This document shows, piece after piece, positions 53,828 through 64,000 of a stretch of 64,000 bases of DNA. Every line of letters starts with the position of its first letter. Within the stretch, counting starts at the first letter, position 1. The DNA comes from Octopus sinensis (lineage: Eukaryota). The position numbers were made by a program, and so were the translations under genes. Location: the NCBI RefSeq assembly GCF_006345805.1, contig NC_043023.1, forward strand, positions 4,402,001 through 4,466,000, in the 5' to 3' direction. A model generated the notes under the pieces. It was not told the DNA's origin and searched no databases. It saw only the letters and a program-made list of their open reading frames with translations.

Positions 53828-53879
53828 ACACACACACATATATACGTTTTTGGCCCATTAAACTCAGTATCTCTCCACA

Positions 53880-54340
53880 CGATGGCCCACAACACCTGGA
53901 TGTATTGCATTGCAACCAGACTCATGACAGTTCTGTGGCCTTGTACGCATTCACAAGCCTCCTGGTAATCCAAGCACTACTCTCAACTGCTTTCTCCCCA
54001 CATTCCTTGATTGTCTTCCTCACAGCAGATACACCAGCCACCTTCAGAAACCTTCTGAGTGAAACTGCTGGGAAAACCCTACAGCCAACCTCAAATGCAA
54101 CCAGCTCACAGATGTAACCCTTCTCCTGAATCTCAGCTATCAGCTCTTCATAGCTTAACAGCTTCCACTCATGGGCCTCAGCAATGCTCTCCTCCCATGA
54201 GATCCACAGATCTTCCTCCATGTTTAACAGTTGGAAGAAGGCAGTCTGAGTCAAATGCTTCCTTTGGCTGTCTCCACACGTATACTCAGCTGGTGGTCGG
54301 AAATAGAGTAAAGGATGACTCATCTGAGAAAATAACATTC
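53880..54340 (-). mobile_element. REL-endonuclease LINE 3' fragment (HERO-like)
   Basis: SWEESIAEAHEWKLLSYEEL…AFEVGCRVFPAVSLRRFL…AVESSAWI. Confidence 0.8.
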
Positions 54341-54730
54341 TTCTACTGCTCTAGGGACCAATTCTGTAGGGTTTTTACTCCACTCTAAATGCTTTGCAAC
54401 GTTTGTTTTTGAAAGCAGAGGTTTTCTGATTGCAGCCCTCCCATGAAATCTGGCTTTGTGCAGCTCCTGGCGAATAGTTTTTGTGGAAACTAGGTTCTCA
54501 AGGTGGTCATTAAGCTCTGCAGTAATTTTGGGAGCTGTACTTTTGTGATCCTTTCTAACAATTCATGTAAGAGTTTGGCGGTCCCTATCTGAAAGTTTTA
54601 GTTTTTCTTCCGGAGTTTTATTTTAACGAGATTTTCCCTTCTTTCTCAAAGGCTATCATTACCCTCGAGACAGTACTTCTTGAAGCACCAAACATTTCAG
54701 CTGTTTTCATTATGCTAGCACCTTTTTTAA
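54340..54730 (-). mobile_element. Tc1 transposase N-terminal (HTH) fragment
   Basis: MKTAEMFGASRSTVSRV…LSDRDRQTL…TAPKITAELN…VSTKTIRQELHKARFHGRAAIRKPLLS. Confidence 0.85.
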
Positions 54731-55353
54731 AGTAAATTGTGACAGGTGATGAGAAATGGATTATCTACCGAAATGTTCAGAGAAAGCGATCCTGGAGTAA
54801 GTGACATGAGCCACCCCTAAAAAAGTTTTGTGTCTGGTGGGATTGGAAAGGAATTTTGTACTATGAGCTTCTCCCAAGTAACCAGACAATTAATTTATTC
54901 TGAGAAATACTGCACACAACTGGATGAGTTAAAAGCAGCAATTCTAGAGAAACGTCCAGAATTGGCCAACAGGAAGGGTGTTGTTTTCCAACCTGATAAT
55001 GCAAGACTGCATGTTTCTTTGGGAACCAGACAAAAATTGCTGCAGCTCGGCTGGGATGTGTTACCCTACCCTCCATATTCACCTTCAGATTTCCACTTAT
55101 TCAGGTCTCTGCAGAATAGTCTTAATGGTAAAAATTTCAATTCTTGGATGACGTAAAAAGATACCTTAATGAATTTTTTGCTCTGAAACCACCTCAATTC
55201 TGGGAAGAGGGTATTTTCAATTTAAAGGAAAGATGGAGATGCATTGTGCAACAAAATGGTTCATATTTGGTTGATTAAAAATGTAATGGCAAGTATCTAT
55301 TGACGTTTTTCTTTCCTTTAAAAATCGGCACGGACTTTCCAGACAACCCAATA
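54731..55353 (+). mobile_element. mariner transposon 3' half with right TIR
   Basis: IVTGDEKW…FQPDNAR…[18 protein letters not shown]…; ends 'ggactttccagacaacccaata' followed by TA. Confidence 0.92.
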
Positions 55354-56559
55354 TATATATATATATATATAGGAAAACCTGGACGAGGTGGTGAAGCACG
55401 ACCATCGAACATTAGGCCTCACTGAGGAAATGACTAGTGACTGAGACCTTTGGAAATATGCTGTGCGTGAGAAGACCTGGCAGGACAAGTGAGACTATAA
55501 CCCGTGGTCTTCAGCAGGGATGTAGTCAGCCCACTTATGCATACCTTTCCTTCTTTGGACACAAAACTTTGCCTGCGAAGACCTGTTGAGGCAATTGAAA
55601 TTGTATTTGAAATCAAATCAAATCCGACGACTGGCACCCATGCCAACATCCCTTCATTGGACACTGAACTCTGCTTGCAAAGACCTGTTGGGGCAAGTGA
55701 AATCGAAATTGAACCAAATTCGATGACTGGCACCTGTGCCAGTGGAGCGCTAACAGCTCCATCTGAACGGGATCACTGCCAGAGCAGCTGTCTGGCTTCT
55801 GTGCTGGTGGCACGTAAAAAGCACCATTTGAGCTTGATCGTTACCAGCGTCGCCTTACTGGCACTTGTGCCGGTGGCACGTGAACAAAACATTCAAGCGA
55901 GGTCATTGCCAGTGCTGCTGGACTGACTCCTGTGCAGGTGGCAAGTAAAGAAACACCATTTCGAGCATGGCCGTAGCCAGTACTGCCAGTTGGCACGTAA
56001 AAGCACCCACTGCACTCTTGGAGTGGTTGGCATTAGGGAGGGCATCTGACTGTGGAAGCTCTGCCAGATCAGATTGGAGCCTGGCACAGCCATCTAGTTC
56101 GCAAGTCCTCAGTCAAATCATCCAACCCAAGCTAGCATGGAAAGCGGACATTAAAGGATGATGATGATGATATATATATATATATGTACACACACTGTGC
56201 TTGAAAAGACCTATTGAGTCAAGTACATCAACATCAAAAAATCAAATGGAAATTGTAGTTGCGATACCTGTACCGGTGGCACGTAAAAAGCACCATCAGA
56301 AGGTGGCTGATGCCAGCACCGCCTTGGCTTCCGTGCCAGTGGCACGAAAAGGCACCAGCCAATCGTGGCCGTTGCCAGCCTCGCCTGGCACATAAAAAGC
56401 ACCCACTACACTCACGGAGTGGTTGGCGTTAGGAAGGGCATCCAGCTGTAGAAACACTGCCAGATCAGACTGGAGGCTGGTGCAGCCTCCTGGCTTCCCA
56501 GACCCCGGTCGAACCGTCCAACCTGTGCTAGCATGGAAAATGGACGTTAAGCGATGATG

Positions 56560-56590
<31 letters not shown>

Positions 56591-56660
56591 CGTGTATATA
56601 TTTATACACACACACACACACACATATATTTGAATGCGTGTATATATTTATATACACACA

Positions 56661-56698
<38 letters not shown>

Positions 56699-56916
56699 TA
56701 TATTAATATACACACACACATATATATTTATATGCGTGTATATATATTTATGTACACACATATATATATACACATACATGTATATTTATATGCATGTATA
56801 TATTTATCATCATCATTGTTTAATGTCTGTTTTCCATGCTGTCATGTGTTGCATGGTTTGACTGAGGATTGGAGGGCAGCTCCAATCTGATATTTGTCCT
56901 CATCTTATTTGTTGTT

Positions 56917-56964
56917 AACACAATGTTTCGGCTGATATACCCCTCCAAGCCTTCTTCAGGTGTC
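56917..56964 (-). ncRNA. Minimal type-I hammerhead-like motif
   Basis: Minus strand GACAC-CTGAAGA-AGGCT…AGCC-GAAA-CATT-GTGTT. The core CUGANGA/GAAA is intact and stems I and II pair; the stem III ACGT palindrome is mutated to ACAT. Confidence 0.65.
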
Positions 56965-57239
56965 TTGGGGAAATTTCAAACCTGGGTTCTCGGAATCTTG
57001 GGGTTAGTAGCCCATGCTCTTAACCACTACGCTATATGTCTGTGGGCAATTATGGAGTGAATTTTAGGGCTTATAAATCTAGTATTTTTTTATCCTTCCT
57101 TAATACCAGTTCCCATATGCTATTCATATCTGCACTCTTAACCACTACATGGGCAATTATGGAGTGAATTTTAGGGCTTATAAATCTACTATTTTCCTTA
57201 ATACTGGTTCCCATATGCTATTCATATCTGCATTCGGTC

Positions 57240-58790
57240 TGCTTAGGAGGTTATTATATGTGCTGCTTCTTTTAGTTTTCGTATTTCCCAGTGGTGTTCT
57301 CTGTCTATTATTTTAACTTCATCCCAAAGGGGGAGGTGGTCTCCATTTTCCCATACATGATCAGCTATAACCAATTTATCAATATCTCCTTGTGTCACAG
57401 CTTTGTGATGTTCGCCTATCCTTATTTTGAGGGGGTGGCATGTTTCCCCTTTGTACGATCTACCACAGCTGCATGGGATGGAGTACACACAGTCTTTGGT
57501 CATATTCTCTTCTGTTGGTGATTTTACTCGAAGGAGACATTTGCGAAGTATTGTATTACTCTTGAATACTGTCCTGATGTCATATGGGCCGCATATCTTT
57601 CGTATCTTTTCAGAGAGGCCTTTCACATAGGGTAGACAGACTGTGGACAGTTTATTGGCCTCATCCTCCCTCTTCTTCATAATTGGAGTGGATAGTATAC
57701 TTTTGGGGTAGTTGTTGCTTAACAGATCTTTATTGAGCTTGATCATTTCTTCTTGGTGTGTATCACGATCGCTACTTATATTCTTTGCACGATGTTTTAG
57801 GCACTGAGCAATCCCTCTCTTTACACTTTATGGATGGTGGGAATTGAGGTTGAGGTATCATCCAGTGAAGGTTGGCTTGCGATATACGGATGTCCTGAAT
57901 CCATACTTGGTGTGTGTTATTAATATGTCCAGGAATGCCAGCTGATTGTCTTTTTCTTTTTCCATTGTGAACTGTATGGATGGCTTTATTGAGTTCATAT
58001 GATCTAACAGCACTTGAACATATTCCTGGTGGGGCCAGAGTATAAAGGTGTCATCAGCATATCGTAGCCATAGTGTTGGTTTTAGTGGTGTTGGTTCTGA
58101 AGCCAAATTCTCAAAGTATTCCATGTATATATTGGCTATTACGTGTGATAATGGCGAACCCATAGCTAAACCCTCTTCTTGTTGATATATATTAGAGTCC
58201 ATTCTGAAGTAGGTAGTTTCTACACGCAAGGTCAACATTTCCATTAGGTTTCTTATTGGTATACTAGTGCGTTCTCTTAAATGGGTGTCTGTCACTAGTT
58301 TTTCTTGAATCATCAATAGTGCTTCACCAGTTGGGACTTTGGTGAACAGACTTATCACATCTAGACTCACCATCTGGTTGGATTCAGTGGGAGTATCCTT
58401 GATCAATTCTGTGAAGTGGGTGGAATTCTTCACGTATGATGTTGACTTTCCTGCTCATGGACTGATTATATCCACAAGGAAGCAGCTCAGTGGATGACAT
58501 GCTGAACCACTACAGCTCACTATATGTCTTAATGGATTACCATCCTTGTGAATCCTAGGGAGACCGTACATGTGTGGTAGTTTACTGTGGTGTTGAGTCA
58601 GTTGTCTGTACTTCATTGGTGTAAAGTGATCCTTGTTCTTGATCAAGATCTGTGACAAATTCCTCTCTGTTTTCAAAGTAGGGTCTTTCTTTACTTTGCT
58701 GTAGCTACCATCACTTAAAAGACTTGCCAACTTTTCAGAGTAGTCAGACTTGTTCATCACCACTGTAGCATTTCCCTTGTCTGCTGGGCA
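57240..58790 (-). mobile_element. Penelope-like retroelement (RT plus GIY-YIG), 5'-truncated and broken
   Basis: PADKGNATVV…YGLPRIHK; SLDVISLFT…GLAMGSPLS…WLRYADDTF…FLDI; VYSIPCSCGRSYKGET…RIGEH…IADH…KEA. Confidence 0.95.
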
Positions 58791-58926
58791 TATGGCATAG
58801 TGGTTAAGATCGCGGGCTACTAACCCCAAGATTCCAAGTAGTGACCTGAATAATAACAATAATAATAATAATAATGACATCGAAAAATACCTTAGGAATG
58901 AGAACCCAGGTTTGAAATTTCCCCAA

Positions 58927-58972
58927 GACACCTGAAAAAGGCTGGAGGGTATATCAGCCGAAATGTTGTGTT
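58927..58972 (+). ncRNA. Second hammerhead-like motif (inverted copy)
   Basis: GACAC-CTGAAAA-AGGCT…AGCC-GAAA-TGTT-GTGTT. Core G>A and stem III C>T changes make it probably inactive. Confidence 0.55.
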
Positions 58973-58989
58973 AACAATAAACAAGATGA

Positions 58990-59560
58990 GGACTAATATC
59001 TGTCAAATGTAAATAATGTACATAATTCCTCATCTCTTAAATATAGAACTGGGTAGTTATACTGTTTTAAACATTTGTTTAGTCCCATCGAGAAATCTGC
59101 AGATACACAAATTTTATTGTTCTTCATTTTTACATACACTGTTGGAGATGTCCAATCTGAATAGTCGATCTTTTCAATCACTGCTATTTTTTCCAGTCTG
59201 TCTAATTCCTTATTCACTTGTTCCAGTGCTACAAACAGTACATTATGGTTGGATTTGAAAATTTGTAATGAATTTTCTTTTACCTAAAATTTTGCTTTAA
59301 ATTTATTGCAAGAAATGAAATTCCAATGGAAGTCTTCTATGATATGTTTGATGTACCAATACCTAAACAAATTGTGGAAACTACATGTTCAAGTATGAGA
59401 AAAAGAAAACGAACAGAAGTACTTGAAATAGATCCTAAGTGCAAAAGTTTAGTCCCATCGAGAAATCTAGGCGGAGTTAAATTCTCAAAAAGTGGAGATG
59501 TTATGACTGAAGGTGGATTAACGAATTTACTAAAATAAATAAGAACGGAGTGAACTGTCA
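58990..59560 (-). mobile_element. Gypsy/LTR pol fragment
   Basis: KELDRLEKIAVIEKIDYSDWTSPTVYVKMKNNKICVSADFSMGLN is a Gypsy RT N-terminal motif. Confidence 0.8.
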
Positions 59561-59765
59561 AGGGGATAGTTGACAGTGTTAGTTTGACATGTATTGGTTT
59601 AATAGTAGTTGAACAGTGAATACTGAGTATTGTACCTATGTTTGAGTAGTACGAAGTGCATCCTGTGCTAACATATATTTCTACGATAGGTTATATTTAG
59701 ATAACCATAACCAACTATTTGTGTAATGTCATTTTACATCAGACATGTATACCCACGTCATAACA

Positions 59766-59874
59766 TCTTTCATCACACATCCTGTGACCTTTTCAGTGAC
59801 TCTTTATCCCATGTGTCTCCGAGACATGTGGGATAAAGAGTCACTGAAGAGGTCACAGGATGTGTGAGGAAAGA
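59766..59874. repeat. 109-bp palindrome
   Basis: 54-bp arms, 1-nt centre (59820), 4 mismatches. Confidence 0.95.
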
Positions 59875-60143
59875 GCTTTGACAAAGAAACTAAAGATAAT
59901 AATAATAATAATTAATGATAATAATAAAACTAAAGTGAAGATCAAATAGATAGTGTGTGTGCTTAATTGGCAAAAAATGACCATCCTCAAGTATAACAAT
60001 AAATGTTTGAAGACAATTCCAAATCAAGAATCTTGCAAAATAAATACATAAACATAAAATAAAGGTTGAACATTAAAATATTTTCACAATGCAGTTTGTT
60101 GGCAACAGTTAATTGTAATGAGGCTTAATTATAATTCTTCCAG

Positions 60144-60188
60144 TGTACAGAAGAAAGAAGAGAAGATGCAAGAGACATCCACCACCAA
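60144..60188 (+). CDS. REXO4: REXO4-like exon 3 (predicted, 45 nt)
   Basis: ataattcttccag|T…AA|gtaagt. Phase 2-2, compatible with exon 2: (S)VQKKEEKMQETSTT(K). Confidence 0.5.
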
Positions 60189-60250
60189 GTAAGTCTGCCA
60201 GCAGTTGTGCTGTTGTTTTTAGCAATTAAGCATGTTCCATATTTTGCCTA

Positions 60251-60535
60251 CCATGGAAGTCACCAGTGAACCATGCTATATTCTTAATATACCATGGGAG
60301 TTGCCAGTAACTTGCTACCCTGTATTCTTACCATGACAGTTACCAGTGACTCGCCATTCTATGTTTTTAACATATCATGGGAGTTGCCAGTGACTCACCG
60401 TGCCATATTCTTAATATTCCATGGGAGTCACTAGTGATTTACCATACTATATCTTTTATATTCCATGGGAGTCACCAGGAACTCATTGTGTTATATTCTT
60501 AATATACCATAGGGGGCTCCAGCGACTCCTGATGG
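60251..60535. repeat. Tandem array, about 44-bp unit, 7 copies
   Basis: CCATGG-like starts at 60251, 60292, 60331, 60375, 60419, 60463 and 60507. Confidence 0.9.
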
Positions 60536-62099
60536 TGATGTATTTTTAGCCCTTTTGTTACCCTGTTGAAATATACCAACTTTATTTCAATTAATTTTAA
60601 AGATAATGAAAAATTTACTCGGATAGTTATCATTATTAAACCAGTGTTTGGGACATAACCCAAAATTTTGGTGGAAGGTTTTAATTTACATTACCTTAAA
60701 ACTAGCCATTTGTATGATAGAACCAAGGGTGGCTTCAGACAGATTCATATGAAAAGGGTTAAGGAGTTTCACATTTCCATGAGTCAAACCACATTATTTG
60801 AATTTTAGGAAATATACAGAACATGTTTCATTGTTTGTACGAGCAAACCCCCCCCCCCCCATCCAATGGACGGTGCTGAGTTGCCAAACATTCAAACCAA
60901 ATTTTCTCAAAACAACTTGTTTGACCGTCCCATAGGCCTCTCCTTTGAGAAACACTGATTTAACCTAAATTTGAGACACCAAACAGGCCAGCTTTTTTTG
61001 AGCAAACTGCATGTGCATTTTTCTTGCATACACGTAGTATCGATCGCAACAGCTGATGTACTTGCGTGTACAAATGCACATTCCCATGGCTTTATTGATC
61101 CCATTCTCACCTGGAATCGATTTTTGTAATTTTTTCAAGGCTTATACACGCCCTGATACCGTCGGTATCTACATATCAAAATTGAGCGCAATCGGATGGA
61201 GGATGCCCAAGATCCTAGAAGACACACAGACAGACAGAACGGATTTTATAGAATAGATTATGCCTGAAAATGTTGTGGTTTCTTCTGTTTCTCTTGCTTT
61301 CTTCTAAGCTTTTGTTTGCCAAATCATTTAATTTCTAACACTATATAGGTGCAGGTGCGGCTGTGTGGTAAGAAGTTTGCTTCGCAACCACATGAGTATG
61401 TGTGTGTGTGTGTGTGTGTGTAGCACCTTGGGCAAGTGTCTTCTCCTATAGCCTTGGGCTGACCAAAGCCTTGTGAGTGGATTTGGTAGACGGGAACTAA
61501 AAGTGATTCATTGTGTATATGTACGTGTGTGTGTGTGTCCACCATCACCCCCACTTGACAACTGGTTTTGGTGTGTTTACATAACTTAGAGATTCAGCAA
61601 AAGAGACCAATAGAATAAGTACTAGGCTTAGAAATTAATCCTGGGGTCAATTTGTTCAGCTAAAAACCCTTCAAGGTGGTGCTCCAGCATGGCTGCAGTC
61701 AAATAACTGAAATAAGTAAAAGATAAAAGTTATCCTCCAGATTTTCTTCACCTAATTTTCTGTAAATATCAACTGTCCCGAATATATTTATTCTTGGCTT
61801 CCTAGTAAAAAGACCAATTTACAAGCCTATTCCACTCTGATGGGTGATTTGCTGAAGCAATGCATTGAGATGCAGGTTTATGATTGGAAATCTCTTTGAA
61901 ATATGTTATTTGGAATCTCTTCTTTTTATTTCTCTTTTTTATGGTTTTTATTTTATGTTACCCCTGTACTGTATTGTCTTCTACCATCTTCAATCCTTTT
62001 GTCAGCTCTTCATTATTGTTATTATTATGAATAACACTACTATTACTGCTACTACTACTACCACTACTACTAAGTCTATTTATGCAAAAAAACTATAAC

Positions 62100-62280
62100 T
62101 ATGCACTCTATGGGAGCTGGGCCCACCCAGGTCATGACTCGTAGGTGTCCTCCTTCTACTTTCCAAAATCTCGTCTCCAGTATGATTTGAATTTGGGTTC
62201 TTTTGTTCCCAGGTCCGTGTTTCAGTCCACCAGGCCACTCTAGCTGACGAAAGTTCCAGTTCCCTTCTTCCTTCTAACAG
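62100..62280 (-). mobile_element. LINE fragment, probably REL/HERO-like
   Basis: Shares about 50 bp 'caggccactctagctgacgaaag.tccagttcccttcttccttcta' with 63858-63915. Confidence 0.45.
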
Positions 62281-63011
62281 TTATATTTAAAAAATAGTAA
62301 AAGATCAAGATGAAACATAATGTAAACAAAAACACGTGTGTCTAGCAGATATAAACAACACATTCACTAACAGAAAAAAGCCATAGAGAGTCAGACGTAT
62401 ACTTATTTATATTGAAAATGAAAAAATATATTATTAGAAGCTTCTAGCTAAATAAAACTATATTTAAATTGATTCAATATTTGAACATATATGATTTATT
62501 CAAAAAAAATCTCCCTCTCAAAAATTGCCCAGCTCAGGGGAGACATTCAAAAATGAATAAGAAACAAATATATGAAGGAAAAAATTATTATTAATTTATA
62601 GGGAATAAATACGTATACACCTAACACAGGAATATTCATACATACAAATATACACACACACTCTCAAACATACACATATGTTTGTACTTTTTCTATTCCT
62701 GAGTGTTATACTAATACATCTGTTTGTTTTGTACACCACCTGTCTTCATCTTCTGCTTTTTTCGTAAACTCATAAAAAGCACCATCCGTTCGTGGCCGTT
62801 TGCCAGCTCTGTCTGGCACCAGTGCGGGTGGCACGTAAAAAGCACCCACTACACTCACGGAGTGGTTGGCGTTAGGAAGGGCATCCAGCCGTAGAAACAC
62901 TGCCAGATTTGACTGGGCCTGATGAAGCCTTCTGGCTTCACAGACCCCAGTAGAACCGTCCAACCCATGCTAGCATGGAAAACGGACGCTAAACGATGAT
63001 GATGATGATGA

Positions 63012-63056
<45 letters not shown>

Positions 63057-63779
63057 TACATACACACCATCAAAACCCTTCTGATGATCTTCCTTATTCC
63101 TAAGAGGCAAACCAGGACATTCCATTTGTCTATTTTATCACTCTCAGCTGAGAGATCCTTGTCTTGTGTCCTTGTGAGTGTTGGTGCCACATAAAAAGCA
63201 CTCATCTCATGTAAAAAAAGGCACATGTGATGGTATCATGTGAAAAGCACCCAAAACACTCTGTAAAGTGGTTGGTATTAGGAAGGGTATCCAGCTGAAG
63301 GAGCCAAACCAAAATAGACTGAAGCCTGGTGTGGATCCTGGCCATTTCAGCTCCTGTCAAACTGTTCAACACATACCAGCTTGGAAAACGGGCTATAAAT
63401 GATGAAGATGATGATGATGATAGTCCCAAATGCATCAATTATCACAGGTACAGTCTTTACAGACTTCATCTTCCAGATCCTTGCAATCTGAAATTTTAAG
63501 GGGTAGTTTTTCAGCGTTTTGTCTGCTTTCTTCACAATGATTGTATCACATGAACAAGGCTATGGATTGATTTTTAGTCTTCAAGAAAATGCATTGTAGT
63601 ATTTCTTCATGTTCTGAATTCATATACTGTGGAAGTTAACTTTGCCTCTCTTCCTTTTGGAGTTAATAAAATAAAATACTAGTTATGTATTGGTCCCATA
63701 CCTTAAATTAGAAATTCTTTTTAGGGTGTTAAATTGGCAGAATCATTCATTAAATCATATCTGAGTAGCAGATCTGTAG

Positions 63780-64000
63780 TGAGTGATTAAGCCTCTTCGT
63801 CCTGATGGGTGTGAAGGGTACCACTGGCTGAGGTGGCTGTTCAGGCCAAGGACCACAAGGCAAGCACACAGGCCACTCTAGCTGACGAAAGATCCAGTTC
63901 CCTTCTTCCTTCTATTCCTGTAAATAACCAATGGAATCCATCACCAGGTCCAACAGGTTGATGCAGCCACGAATCCTTGTGATCCAACTTCAACTGGTTT
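63780..64000 (-). mobile_element. REL/HERO-like LINE fragments
   Basis: KPVEVGSQGFVAAST resembles the REL 'PVEVG.RGF' motif. Confidence 0.6.

Noticed and set aside
60251-60535. CRISPR-like regular palindromic array
   Set aside because: The inter-dyad sequences are homologous to each other rather than unique spacers, so it is a plain tandem repeat.
60189-64000. REXO4 catalytic exon (DCEMVG motif)
   Set aside because: Not found by eye; presumed beyond the window, which limits confidence in the gene name.

Overview
Eukaryotic, repeat-rich, AT-rich genomic DNA. The SINE, MITE and Penelope repeat families look like Octopus/cephalopod; this is inferred from repeat recognition, not from a search. 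Two + strand intron-containing genes are supported. (1) A complete CNBP-like CCHC zinc-knuckle gene: probable non-coding exon 1 ending at 9916, coding exons 12979-13111, 23818-23943, 30523-30727 and 30823-30937, giving 192 aa with eight knuckles. The intron after the second coding exon holds three candidate cassette/poison exons. (2) The 5' part of a REXO4-like RNA exonuclease gene: exons 48000-48392, 49349-49473 and 60144-60188; the catalytic exons were not found in the window. The rest is decayed transposons (RTE LINEs, REL-endonuclease LINE fragments, Penelope-like elements, Tc1/mariner, hAT, Gypsy, MITEs, tRNA-derived SINEs), microsatellites, tandem arrays and two long palindromes. The most interesting signals are hammerhead-ribozyme-like modules with a tRNA-like head that bracket a Penelope ORF in inverted orientation, further decayed hammerheads beside other Penelope remnants, and possible splicing/NMD autoregulation of CNBP. 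All coordinates were read by eye; TE boundaries are approximate.
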